Made by a program: the position numbers and the translations under genes | The notes under the pieces: model-generated | Databases searched by the model: none | Told to the model about the DNA's origin: nothing | What the model saw: the letters and a program-made list of their open reading frames with translations, nothing else | DNA from: Candidatus Poribacteria bacterium | GTDB taxonomy: Bacteria > Poribacteria > WGA-4E > PCPOR2b | Assembly: GCA_965215015.1 (NCBI GenBank) | Contig: OZ244042.1 | Location: 672,001-736,000 of the forward strand | Direction of reading: 5' to 3' | Length of the DNA: 64,000 bases | Part shown: positions 40,303 to 50,695 of the stretch, piece after piece | Position numbering within the stretch: the first letter of the stretch is position 1 | Layout of the letters: the number at the start of each line of letters is the position of its first letter

Positions 40303-42411
40303 TTGATAAAATGTTTCAACCACCACTCAAAACTCAACAGCGACCAGATTAGGAGTCGCTTGTTCTCTATACCAGCACTGTGAGTTTCAATGACCTGTTG
40401 CACATATTCGGGATTGAGATATTCGTTAATTCGCGCTCTATCTGCCAGTAACAGATCTCGTATATACTTTTTACTGCCACCACGGAACCACGATTCATCG
40501 GGTGCGCTGAAACCCTGTTTCTTGGCTTGCGTAATCGATTGGGGGATAATCCGTCCCATCGTTTTTCGCAGAATGTTTTTGCCGCCATCCGTCCGGTCCC
40601 AATCAATCTGCCCCTTGCGTGAATTATTCCCATCGGACGCTTTCCAGTTGTGCAAATTGGCAATTTTGTAACAGATGGGTGTCTGGCAAGCCAGATCGAC
40701 CAAGTCATTATCTAGGAGCGGCACTCTCGTCTCCAAAGAATGTGCCATCGACATTTTGTCTTCAACCACAAGCAACCCGTGTAGAAAAGTTTTGCATTCA
40801 AAGTAGAGCGAGTGGTTGATCTGCTCCTCTCGGCTATTGCACCGAATTTCTTCCGGATAGACATTCTGGAATGTCATCAAAGTATGATCTTTGAAGGGCA
40901 TAGCACCATCAATATCCATCTTACGCAATTGGTCTTCAACTTCTCGGTTGAAAAGTAAGGGTTTCTCTTCATTAGATACCAATCTCTGCCAATAGCGGTA
41001 ATAATTGTCCGTATAACTCTTGACGCTGTCTCCAATCGCTGTGGCATATCGCCAAGGATAACCCCCAAATAATTCATCGCCTCCTGTTCCAGACATGACC
41101 ACTTTAACAGACTTACTTGCCAACCGGGCCGCGTAGTAGTTCGGATAGCACTGACCAACACGCAAATCTTCCAAGTGCCAGATGATATCTCCTATGATAG
41201 CTTCCATATCGCCAGAATGCAACACGCGCTCGTGATGCGCTGTCCGAAATAGGTTTGCCAGATATTGGGCTAATTTTCGCTCGTCAAAGCTCAGTTCATG
41301 GGCAGCGGCTTCCGAGAGGTCAAAACCTATTGTAAATGTGGAGATTTGTCCGAAAATAGAGCTGGTGATAGCCGTTACGGTTCCTGAGTCCATGCCACCG
41401 CTCAAGTAGCTGCCAACCGGAACATCACTAACACACTGCCGCTTAACCGCCTGTGTCAATAGGTCGTAAAGTTGGTCCTCAAGTTCATTCGCGGGGACAT
41501 TCATCTCCTGCCCGAAGTCAAAGTCCCAGTATTTGGTCCTGGAAATTTTTTCCCCAATCGCAGCATCGGGATTCAAAGCAACATGCGACAAATCGAGTTC
41601 CAAGCAGTGTCCGGGCGGGAGTAACTTAATCCCCGAAAAGAGGGTGCGGTCACTAAAAATGTTTTGGAATGAGAAGTATTCGTTTAACGCTGCGAGATCT
41701 ACGTCCGGCGTTTCGGGTAGGTATTCCAGAATGGATTTAATTTCGGAACCAAACAGAAATGTGCCTTTATCGGTGAGGGTATAGTAAAGTGGCTTGATAC
41801 CGTAGCGATCACGAGCGAGCCAGATTTTTTGATTGCGACAATCATACAGCGCGAGGGCAAACATCCCGTTGAATCGGTGAATACAGCCTGTTCCCCATTC
41901 GCGGTAGGCGTGAATGATAACCTCGGTATCGGAGGCACTAGAAAAGTGGTAACCAAGTCCTTTCAACTCGTGACGTATTTCCCTAAAATTGTAGATTTCC
42001 CCGTTGTAGATGAGCCAGATCCCACGTGATTTATCACACATCGGTTGATGTCCACGTGGGGAAAGATCGATAATCGACAATCTACGGTGTCCAAAAAACA
42101 GATTCCATTTTTCTGAACGCAATCTGTTTTGTCCAGCAGCTGAATCGATTGCAGGCAGCAGCGGGTAAATGTTTTGGAATTGGCTATCTGTAAAATCCTG
42201 AAAATACCCATCCGTGCCGCGCGACTGTCCTGGCTCAATGAGCCCGAACGGTTGGAGGGGGGGGGGATGGTATCTGATGGGTGCCTGTCTGATAGACAAG
42301 ATAACCCGCATCGTCCGGGCCTCTGTGGGCAATGGCATCCACCATCGATTTCAAGCGTCCTACTTGGAGAGGTTCATGATTGAGAGATATTGCTCCGGCT
42401 ATACCGCACAT
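40299..42411 (-). pseudogene. asnB: Asparagine synthase-like amidotransferase (AsnB/WbpS), frameshifted at a G10 tract
   Basis: MCGIAG...HRGPDD starts at 42411 in a different frame from GHRRLSIIDL...SGGMDS; removing one base from 42257-42266 joins them. Confidence 0.8.
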
Positions 42412-42414
42412 AGG

Positions 42415-43611
42415 TTAACCCATGACCTGCTGAAGACTTTGACATACCAATGCCTGTTCAACTTCTGTCATCTGTGCATAGAGGGGTAGCGTCAATCCCA
42501 ATCGATCTGCTAAATAGGCATTGGGAAACTGTTCAGGCTGTAGCGCGTATTTTTCCGTATAATAATCTTGAATCACCGGGGCGTGTGTGCCTTGGCGGGT
42601 CGCAATTCCTTTCGTCTCCAGTTGCATCATCAGTTCGTTACGCCCTTGGTGGAGTCGATTAACGTTGTTCAGGGTGGGCTCTTCAGGGCGAAACAAACAG
42701 ACATAAGCTTGATATCCGTGGACGAAACAATCGGGGACTTTCGGCGTTTCCAGCCATTCTACCTCAGTCAGCAGCTGATCGTAGTCCTGGGCGCGTTGCG
42801 AACGCGTTTCCAAGATCCACGCTGCCCGATCCATTTGTGTACAACCAAGCGCGCCTTGGATGTCTGTCATGCGATAGTTATAACCAAGATGATTATATTC
42901 CGATAATAGAAACCCAGCTTTGCCTATGTGGCGTGAGAGATCGGAACGTGAAGCCCCGTGATCTCGTAAGCTGCGTGCTAGCTGATCGGAATCCTCGTGT
43001 TGCGTCGCGATCATGCCCCCCTCGCCGGTAGTGATAGACTTGCGCGGGTGAAAGCTGAAGCAGCCCATCTCGCCAAACGTCCCTGCATATTTTTCGTGAT
43101 ACTGTGCACCGAATGCACACGCAGCATCTTCTACAACCCATAGATTATGCTTTTGGGCAATTTTCTGAATCGGCTGCATCTCCGCGCACAGTCCAAACAG
43201 GTGCACCGGGATGATACCCACCGTTTTTGGTGTAATCAGTCCTTCAATCTGCCCCACATCTATATTGAATGTGGACAGGTCAATATCGCAGAAAATCGGC
43301 TTCGCTCCCATGTATTCCACCACGTTAGCGGTGGAAATCCATGTGAAGGCAGGCACAATCACTTCGTCACCTGGCTTCAACCCTAATGCAGCAACAGCAA
43401 TGTGCAGTGCCGCTGTACAGGAACTGGTCGCAATCGAAAAACGTGATTCTGTGAAGGCTGAAAACTTCTCCTCAAATTGTCTGACAAAGGGCCCCTGAAC
43501 GACCCAACCACTATGTAAAGGAGCGAGGATTGCAGCCTCCTCCTCTGCCCCGAAAAACGGTTTGGTGATTGGTATCTTTTGAGGTGTTGTCTCATCCTTC
43601 AAGTGTAACAT
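42415..43611 (-). CDS. DegT/DnrJ/EryC1/StrS aminotransferase
   Basis: EDAAC, SFHPRKSITTGEGG, GYNYRM. Confidence 0.9.
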   Translation of the reverse strand: MLHLKDETTPQKIPITKPFFGAEEEAAILAPLHSGWVVQGPFVRQFEEKFSAFTESRFSIATSSCTAALHIAVAALGLKPGDEVIVPAFTWISTANVVEYMGAKPIFCDIDLSTFNIDVGQIEGLITPKTVGIIPVHLFGLCAEMQPIQKIAQKHNLWVVEDAACAFGAQYHEKYAGTFGEMGCFSFHPRKSITTGEGGMIATQHEDSDQLARSLRDHGASRSDLSRHIGKAGFLLSEYNHLGYNYRMTDIQGALGCTQMDRAAWILETRSQRAQDYDQLLTEVEWLETPKVPDCFVHGYQAYVCLFRPEEPTLNNVNRLHQGRNELMMQLETKGIATRQGTHAPVIQDYYTEKYALQPEQFPNAYLADRLGLTLPLYAQMTEVEQALVCQSLQQVMG

Positions 43612-44590
43612 CGCCTTTTTTATGCACATTCCGCCAATCTATTAATCGGCGCATCCCATCTTCCAGATCGACTTTCCACCGGAAGTCTAAATCCCGTTCA
43701 GCGGCTTGGGTAGAACCGATACGGTTTGTCACAAAAGTTTGACCGGCGGGGTGATATTGGATCTTAAGATTGCTGCCCGTCAACCGCAGCAACAACTCCG
43801 TCAATGCTCTGATCGACGTGCCGAGCCCCCGTCCAACATTGTAGTTTTTGTCAGTCACGTCAGCTTGCATAGCACAAATATTGGCTTGGGCAATATCGCT
43901 CACGTAGATAAAGTCGTATTGTTGGCTGCCATCCCCGTAAACAATTGGAGGTAATCCCTGATCAATGCGGTCCAGAATCTTCATCATGACAGCGGTATAA
44001 GCCCCCTTATAATCTTGGCGGGGACCGTAGGCATTCATGTAACGCAGCCCCACCCAACCCAGATTGCAGCGGTGGCCCAACGCCTTAAACATCTGTTCAC
44101 CAGCAATCTTGGTTGCCCCATAAAAAGTATAGTTATTATAGGGATGCTCCTCCGTCATAGGCAATTCGACAGCGTCCCCGTATACTGAAGCGGAAGAGGA
44201 ATAGACCACGCGCTCTACCCCCTGTTTAATCGCTGCTTCCAGCACGTTGAAAGTGCCGCCGACGTTGACTTCAAAGGCGGAGCGAGGGTATTCATGGCAA
44301 TGCAACAGCCAAAGTGCTGCCAAATGAAAAACACCGTGGACTCCCTCCATAGCCGCCTCCAATATATCACAGTGCAGTATATCTCCACCGTGGGGATATA
44401 CCGAAACTTTAGCGTCTTTCAACGCCTCCCGCAAATTTTCTTGGAGTCCTCGCGTGAAATTATCGTACACAATAATCTCAGCAACGTCTGTCTTGATCAA
44501 CCGATCAACGACATGGCTGCCAATAAAGCCGGCTCCACCAATAACCAAGATACGTTTATCTTTTAACTCCATTTCGTCCTTAATCGGCAA
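43592..44590 (-). CDS. NAD-dependent nucleotide-sugar epimerase/dehydratase
   Basis: [19 protein letters not shown]. Confidence 0.88.
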   Translation of the reverse strand: MPIKDEMELKDKRILVIGGAGFIGSHVVDRLIKTDVAEIIVYDNFTRGLQENLREALKDAKVSVYPHGGDILHCDILEAAMEGVHGVFHLAALWLLHCHEYPRSAFEVNVGGTFNVLEAAIKQGVERVVYSSSASVYGDAVELPMTEEHPYNNYTFYGATKIAGEQMFKALGHRCNLGWVGLRYMNAYGPRQDYKGAYTAVMMKILDRIDQGLPPIVYGDGSQQYDFIYVSDIAQANICAMQADVTDKNYNVGRGLGTSIRALTELLLRLTGSNLKIQYHPAGQTFVTNRIGSTQAAERDLDFRWKVDLEDGMRRLIDWRNVHKKGDVTLEG

Positions 44591-45158
44591 ATGTAAGTTG
44601 ATTATTGTGACACTGATATTCTCGATGACAGCAATTACAATGTACGAAATTGCCTATCAATTCCAAACGGGTTCCACATTGACACATCCAACCGTGTTGC
44701 CTCGCAGGGTTGCCATAAACCAAGGCGTAGTCAGGCACTTCCCGCGTTACCACAGCCCCTGCCCCGATGAAGGCATGTTCACCAATGGTAATGCCGCAGA
44801 CAATCGTCGCATTGGCACCAATTGTTGCGCCACGTTTTACCAACGTGGGATCATATTCATCAATTGCTCTGGGAATAGCACTTCTCGGATTAATCACATT
44901 CGTGAACACCGCTGAAGGACCACAGAAGACATCATCTTCCATGGTGACCCTCTTGTAAACAGAGACATTGTTTTGGATCTTGACGTTGTTGCCAACGCGC
45001 ACGCCGCTATCAATATTAACATTCTGCCCAAGTGTGCAATTTCGTCCGATTTGGCTGTCCTTCATAATATGGCAGAAATGCCAAATCTTGGTGCCATCGC
45101 CAATCGAAACGGGCTCATCGATATAAGAGGATTCATGAACAAAATAGGATTTTTCCAT
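44580..45158 (-). CDS. Hexapeptide N-acetyltransferase, WbpD/WlbB-like
   Basis: [34 protein letters not shown]. Confidence 0.88.
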   Translation of the reverse strand: MEKSYFVHESSYIDEPVSIGDGTKIWHFCHIMKDSQIGRNCTLGQNVNIDSGVRVGNNVKIQNNVSVYKRVTMEDDVFCGPSAVFTNVINPRSAIPRAIDEYDPTLVKRGATIGANATIVCGITIGEHAFIGAGAVVTREVPDYALVYGNPARQHGWMCQCGTRLELIGNFVHCNCCHREYQCHNNQLTFAD

Positions 45159-45200
45159 ATAGTCCCCCTCTCCCGACGACGTAGACGCTACGATTATACA

Positions 45201-46223
45201 TCACATTTTGATGTCCACCGGTTCGCCGTTCCGGTTGCGCGATTGTTGTGCCGCTTGTAGGACGCGCACGACGCGAAGCCCATCTTTCCCATCGCTTCTA
45301 GGCCTGTGATGATTCATAACACAATCGAGAAAGTGTTGACATTCCAACTTTAATGGCTCGGTCATTTTGATATATGGCATTGTGACATCGCCAAATCGCG
45401 GGCTTAAGGCTTCGCCATAGGAGGTATAGCCTGCCTTGTGATTGACCCCTTTGTTATAAATTTTAATCATTTCTGTGGTCTCTATATCGTCAAAAACGAC
45501 CATTTTTTTACTGCCAACAATTGTTGTTAGACGCAGTTTATGGGGGTCTAACCAACTCAATTGAATATGCGCCATTATCCCCCCGGGAAACTGAAGGTTG
45601 ACGAAGACCACATCGTCAATTCCCTCTCGCAGATAGGCTGCCCCGCGAGCGGATACGTTCTCCGGCTCAGCATCAAGCAGGTACATAGCGATAGATAAAT
45701 CATGGGGAGCAAGGCTCCACATCGCGTTTTCATCGCAGCGGATTCTCCCCAAGTTGACTCGTTGTGCATAGAGATAGTGAATCTGTCCAAGTTCCCCCGA
45801 CTGGATGAGAACCTTCAGTTTTTCAATCGCCGGATGATATTCCATCAGGTGTCCGACCATCAGGATTCGATCCGTATCCTCAGAGAGTTCTACCAATTCA
45901 ACAGCGTGTTGCACCTCCAGCGTTAGCGGTTTTTCGATGAAGAGGTGTTTACCGTGCTGAAAGGCTTTAAGGGCAAAGGTGTAATGCGTGCGCGCTGGTG
46001 TTGCGATAATAATCGCGTCGAGATCGGGGTCATCCAACAGAGCGTTATAGTTATCAGTGACCATGAGATACGGATATTGCTGTTTGACCCTAGCCAAACG
46101 ACTCGCATCTAGGTCGCAGCAAATTTTGACCCAACAATCAGGCAGTTGATCAAAGTTCCGAAGCAGATTTGGGCCCCAATATCCTAAGCCAACCATGCCA
46201 AGGATTATCTTGGATTTTTTCAT
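45201..46223 (-). CDS. Gfo/Idh/MocA nucleotide-sugar oxidoreductase (WbpB/WlbA-like role)
   Basis: GLGYWGPNL.RN, EKP, SLAPHD. Confidence 0.82.
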   Translation of the reverse strand: MKKSKIILGMVGLGYWGPNLLRNFDQLPDCWVKICCDLDASRLARVKQQYPYLMVTDNYNALLDDPDLDAIIIATPARTHYTFALKAFQHGKHLFIEKPLTLEVQHAVELVELSEDTDRILMVGHLMEYHPAIEKLKVLIQSGELGQIHYLYAQRVNLGRIRCDENAMWSLAPHDLSIAMYLLDAEPENVSARGAAYLREGIDDVVFVNLQFPGGIMAHIQLSWLDPHKLRLTTIVGSKKMVVFDDIETTEMIKIYNKGVNHKAGYTSYGEALSPRFGDVTMPYIKMTEPLKLECQHFLDCVMNHHRPRSDGKDGLRVVRVLQAAQQSRNRNGEPVDIKM

Positions 46224-46281
46224 ACTGTTATCTCAACCTACGCTTTGCAGTCGGTCCTTCTAACGAATAGTAGGTTGGCTA

Positions 46282-46513
46282 GGCTCTGTTGACATTTGGG
46301 TGTCGATATATGAATCTCAACCTACAGGCTACCTGCCGATATTGAACCGGGCGGGAGGGTCGGGCAAGATGTCCGACCTACGGGTGTGATTTTGGGTTTC
46401 ACTTAATCCATCTATAGGCGGCTGTTGTTGAAAAGCATAGGTTCTATTGTCGTTGATAGAGATTCGCTTTTACCGTTCAACCTAACCTACGTACTGTCAA
46501 ATGTCCACACGCC
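46282..46513. mobile_element. MITE-like element containing REP-like CCTAC motifs
   Basis: Imperfect TIRs GGCTCTGTTGACATTTG ... CAAATGTCCACACGCC, flanked by TAG-like bases. Confidence 0.55.
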
Positions 46514-46520
46514 TTAGTTC

Positions 46521-47468
46521 TTAGTATCCCTTTTGTTTGTCTACAACGTTTTCTAGTGGTTCGTCCTTGACATAACGATGTAAGTTGTCAACGAAGAGGC
46601 GCATAGCACGGGCACGAATGTGCTGCGAGGCACCTGCGCTGTGGGAGGTCAAGATTACGTTAGGTTCGGTCCATAATGGGCTATCCGGCGGGCACGGCTC
46701 GACGTAAGTCACATCCAACCCCGCTGCCGCCAATTTACCACTACGAAGGGCAGCAATTAAGGCCTCTTCATCAATGATTCTTCCTCGACTGACGTTGACG
46801 AGATAGCTGCCATCGGGCAATAGATTAAACTGCCTATGCGATAAGAGTTTATGCGTCTCGGGGGTACTTGGACAGCAAACCATCACCACGTTGGATTGCG
46901 TCATCAATTCTGGTAGCCAATCCAGCTTCCCAAGTTGAGTCACCGTATCTGGCTTTTCAATAGATTCTGGATCGACAGCAATCACATTAAATTCAAACGC
47001 TTTTGCCCGCGCGGCGACTGCGCGGCCGATGCCGCCAAGCCCCAGAATCCCCATTGTCATCCCTGCCAGTTCGATACATGGTACACGTTCCCAGTGCCTG
47101 CGTTTCATAAACTCTAGCTGCGTCGGGATGCTGCGCGTGAGCGAAAGCAAGAGGGCAAAGGCGTGTTCAGAAATCTGTTGCCCGTACAATCTTCGACAAT
47201 TTGTCAACACCACATCGCTTGCTTTGAAAGCAGGGTACATGAAGCCTTCAACACCTGCATGGGGTTGATGTACCCATCGCAGCGATTCGGCTTTGGGGAG
47301 ATCCGCTTCACCGATTGCCCCGTAGATAACCTCGATTTCGGAGAGGTGGTCACTAAGTTGTTCTCCCGGGGGTAGGAAGTGTACTTCAACCTCCGGTGGA
47401 GCATCGTTGAGCATCGCTTCAACTTCTGGTGTTTGACGGCTTGCAATGAGAGCCTTGGGTCTAGGCAT
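46521..47468 (-). CDS. D-2-hydroxyacid dehydrogenase
   Basis: GLGGIG, NVSRG, LDV...EP, TSHSAG; probable start MPRPKAL. Confidence 0.88.
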   Translation of the reverse strand: MPRPKALIASRQTPEVEAMLNDAPPEVEVHFLPPGEQLSDHLSEIEVIYGAIGEADLPKAESLRWVHQPHAGVEGFMYPAFKASDVVLTNCRRLYGQQISEHAFALLLSLTRSIPTQLEFMKRRHWERVPCIELAGMTMGILGLGGIGRAVAARAKAFEFNVIAVDPESIEKPDTVTQLGKLDWLPELMTQSNVVMVCCPSTPETHKLLSHRQFNLLPDGSYLVNVSRGRIIDEEALIAALRSGKLAAAGLDVTYVEPCPPDSPLWTEPNVILTSHSAGASQHIRARAMRLFVDNLHRYVKDEPLENVVDKQKGY

Positions 47469-47591
47469 GATAACTCCTTTCACAGATTGTATCGACATGC
47501 TGGAAAGCACTTTGAAGACGTTTAGGGGGTGGTAAGAAGATTCGTAGGCAATTGGGTAAAGTACCATCCCCAACACTTTTGCTAAAGTAAT

Positions 47592-48281
47592 TCAAGTTCT
47601 GTAGACTGTTGGATCCGCGACACCTGCTTCCTTAAATCCCTTTATTCGTAATAAACAGCTATCACACGCACCGCACGCCCTGCCTTGTGGATCGGGATCG
47701 TAACAGCTGAGGGTGAGTCCGTAGTCAACACCGAGTTCTGCCCCTTTCCGTATGATCTGCGCCTTAGTCATTAAGATGAGAGGGGTTTCAATTTTTAGCT
47801 TCGTTGTGCCTTCAACCCCAGCTTTCGTTGCCAGATTTGCCATTTGCTGATACGCTTCCATATATTCTGGTCTACAGTCGGGATAGCCGCTATAATCAAG
47901 CGCGTTGACGCCCATGAAAATTGTGTCGATTTCTAACGTCTCCGCCCAAGCGAGCGCAAAAGACAGAAATATCGTATTTCGTGCGGGAACGTAGGTAATC
48001 GGGATACCTGTTCCAATTTCCTGATCCGACCGTTGTTTGGGAACATCAATGTCATCCGTCAACGCAGAGCCGCCGAATGCACGCAAATCGATATCAAGAA
48101 TGACGTGCTTTTTTGCCGCCATCTTCCTTGAAATCTGTTCTGCACAGTCGAGTTCCAAAACGTGTCGCTGACCGTACCGGAAACTCATGGTGTATACATC
48201 ATACCCTTGGGATTTTGCAATTGCGAGTATTGTTGTGGAATCGACACCCCCGCTTAAAAGCACTACCGCTTTTTTTGCCAA
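47592..48281 (-). CDS. queC: 7-cyano-7-deazaguanine synthase
   Basis: SGGVDS, TYVPARN, GYPDCR, C..C.SC. Confidence 0.95.
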   Translation of the reverse strand: MAKKAVVLLSGGVDSTTILAIAKSQGYDVYTMSFRYGQRHVLELDCAEQISRKMAAKKHVILDIDLRAFGGSALTDDIDVPKQRSDQEIGTGIPITYVPARNTIFLSFALAWAETLEIDTIFMGVNALDYSGYPDCRPEYMEAYQQMANLATKAGVEGTTKLKIETPLILMTKAQIIRKGAELGVDYGLTLSCYDPDPQGRACGACDSCLLRIKGFKEAGVADPTVYRT

Positions 48282-48311
48282 TCTGAATGCCCCCTTTGCT
48301 TATTTGTAACT

Positions 48312-48783
48312 CAAGTTGCTGGTCGAGTTTCGAGACTCAACAACTACTAAGATAACCTATCAGGTTTACTGTGCTAGGAACAGTGCTTTTCTTGATATAT
48401 CGCGCATCACCCCAATGCAACACACATGTCGCTCTGCCCCGATAAGATCGGGATTTCAAGCAATATGCCTACTACTAGCAACTTAGGGTATTTGTAAATT
48501 TGAAGTGTGGAATTTGATCCACCGATAGTTGAAGCTATCAACGTTGATTCAGGTACTTGATTATAGCCAAACATCAGAAAATTCTCAAGCGAAAAAGACT
48601 CGACTTTATTCGCCTAGAGATTTGTGAACGGAAAATAGAGTTGACATCGTAATAGGGTTATAATAACCTAAGCTGCTAGTAGTAAGCATACTCTGTCCCG
48701 ATGGATCAGGGCACGTCAGTTCAAAGCTTCTCGGAACGAAGATTGGTTCAATTCATCAAATGTCAACAGAATCTAGCAACTTG
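48312..48783. repeat. Two CAAGTTGCTAG-family MITE-like elements (48312-48484 and 48669-48783)
   Basis: Ends CAAGTTGCTG/CTAGCAACTT and TAAGCTGCTAG/CTAGCAACTTG; each has a CCCGAT..ATC.GG mini-palindrome and a partial GTAGTAGGC REP. Confidence 0.55.
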
Positions 48784-48987
48784 GTCTAAACAAAGTAACG
48801 TCTTCCACGCGAAAATGTGCAAATTAAGCGTTTGGTCGCATTTAATTGTGTTATAAGTAATTACAAAAAATTGCATTTTGCTTTTATCTCAAAATTGAGA
48901 TTCTTGTTGTTAATTGCGGATTCAGATTGGATTTCCAGATACGCTCTTTCTGTGGAGTGGCTAACGGGATTTATCTCCATCGTTTGA

Positions 48988-49974
48988 TCAATTAGGTTTC
49001 ATGTGCTTCGATTTTTCAGCAGCATTGAGCACCTGATCAACTGTTACCGCTTCTATGACCGCACAACTAACCTTTCCACATCCGCCGGGACGCTTACCGG
49101 GATGGCACGGATTGCAACCGAGTTCAACTCCGCTGTGGACGACGATGTGTTCCTTGCCGTAGGGACCACTGCGATGGTGGTTTGTTGATCCGAAAATGGC
49201 GATGACAGGAGTCCCGACAGCAGCTGCGATGTGCATTGGTCCCGTATCATTGCCGATATAGAAATCACAGGCTGCGATAAGTCCGGCGACCTGACACAAA
49301 TCATCTTCTTTTACGCAGATCGGCTCCCAGCGCATCAGATTGGTAACTTTTGCTTGCAGCTGCCTCTCGTTGGGTCCAGCAAATAACAAAATCTGCGCGT
49401 TCCATTTTTCACACAACCCGTCCGCAATTTGTGCAAAGTTCTCTGGTCCCCACAGCTTGTAAATCCAATTCCCACCGGGGTGAATCCCGAGCAGCACCCG
49501 ATGCCGATCGACCCCATTTTCCGTTAAAAACGCATCGCGCTTTGCGACCCTTTGGGCGGTCAATCGAAGTTGCGGTCGTGCACCATCAACACTGAAACCG
49601 TGTCTCTGAAGCACATCAAGGTATCGGGTGACGGCATGGGTATCCTTTCGCCTTGGCCGCATACCCCAATGTTTTCCACCAACAAACCGTGACCAGAAGC
49701 TATCCCGGAGATCGACGACCAGATCGAACCGCTCACGGCGCAAAAATTTAATTAGGCGGATTTTCCCACGCCAGCCAGCGTGTTCACCAAGATTGTCGTA
49801 CACAAGGACCTGATCAATCTGGGGGTCGGCAATCAACAGATCGAAGGCACGGTCACCAACAAGGAAGGTAATCTTCGCATCGGGAAAGCGTTGGCGTAGG
49901 GGGCTAATAACCACAGTCGAGAGGACAGCATCGCCGATGAAGCTGAAGCTAAAGACCAGAATCTTTTTGATCAT
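48988..49974 (-). CDS. Glycosyltransferase family 9 (LPS heptosyltransferase-like)
   Basis: IGDAVL, HPG...KLW, GNDTGPMHIAAA, FGST. Confidence 0.88.
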   Translation of the reverse strand: MIKKILVFSFSFIGDAVLSTVVISPLRQRFPDAKITFLVGDRAFDLLIADPQIDQVLVYDNLGEHAGWRGKIRLIKFLRRERFDLVVDLRDSFWSRFVGGKHWGMRPRRKDTHAVTRYLDVLQRHGFSVDGARPQLRLTAQRVAKRDAFLTENGVDRHRVLLGIHPGGNWIYKLWGPENFAQIADGLCEKWNAQILLFAGPNERQLQAKVTNLMRWEPICVKEDDLCQVAGLIAACDFYIGNDTGPMHIAAAVGTPVIAIFGSTNHHRSGPYGKEHIVVHSGVELGCNPCHPGKRPGGCGKVSCAVIEAVTVDQVLNAAEKSKHMKPN

Positions 49975-50695
49975 GATGTGTAATGGTAGTTCAGGCAAAC
50001 TTCTGTAGCAAACGCTTCAATTAACTTGACATCGGTCGTTAAACCATCTTCCACCAATGCTCTTGCTCTCTCCGTCATTAATTGAAAAGAGATAACTTGG
50101 TTGATACGCTTTGCCAAAGAGAAAATTGTGAGGTACATATCCGACAAAGCAAATATTTTCAGGTAGGTCATCCATTCTAAGGTTTCCCCTACCTGTTTGA
50201 ATGATTGCGCGTTGACCGGCACGTTGCACCGCTTCGACGAGGAGGTTTGTGGTTTCGACATTTCTGCTTCCGCCCACCGAATCGAAGGTGATGATAATTG
50301 GCGATAATCCTTGATCTAAAAATTAAGGTCATACCCTTCCATTCCCCTGAAGCAGTCTTCGTACCATTTGTCCGCTTTGTAAAGCAGGCCTTCCTTCACA
50401 ATCGAGATTGCTGATTTTAGTGGACCTTAATCGGAACGATTGCATCCATCGCTTGATTCAAACGATCTGCGCTAAAAGAAACACTGACAGGGTAGAAATC
50501 AATTCCACGTTTGGCAAATCGATCTCGATAGATTTCAGATGTGCAAACACGGCCCTCGTGCCCTACTTTTAATAATCGCTCGGAGAGCGCGAGCAAAGGT
50601 TGGACATCACCGGTTGTTGCCTCATGTGCTGAGTACGATTCGGAGTTTCTTCTCTGGATTGTCGATTGTACATCGGCTTGATTGTATATTTCCAT
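49975..50695 (-). pseudogene. Decayed GT1 (sterol/UDP-glycosyltransferase-like) gene
   Basis: GDVQPLLALSERL...GH and RAIIQTG...YVPHNFLF fragments in separate short ORFs. Confidence 0.65.

Noticed and set aside
48642-48665. TTGACA...TATAAT promoter
   Set aside because: Spacing is only about 12 nt
48282-48987. preQ1 riboswitch upstream of queC
   Set aside because: No recognisable aptamer; the region is occupied by MITE/REP pieces
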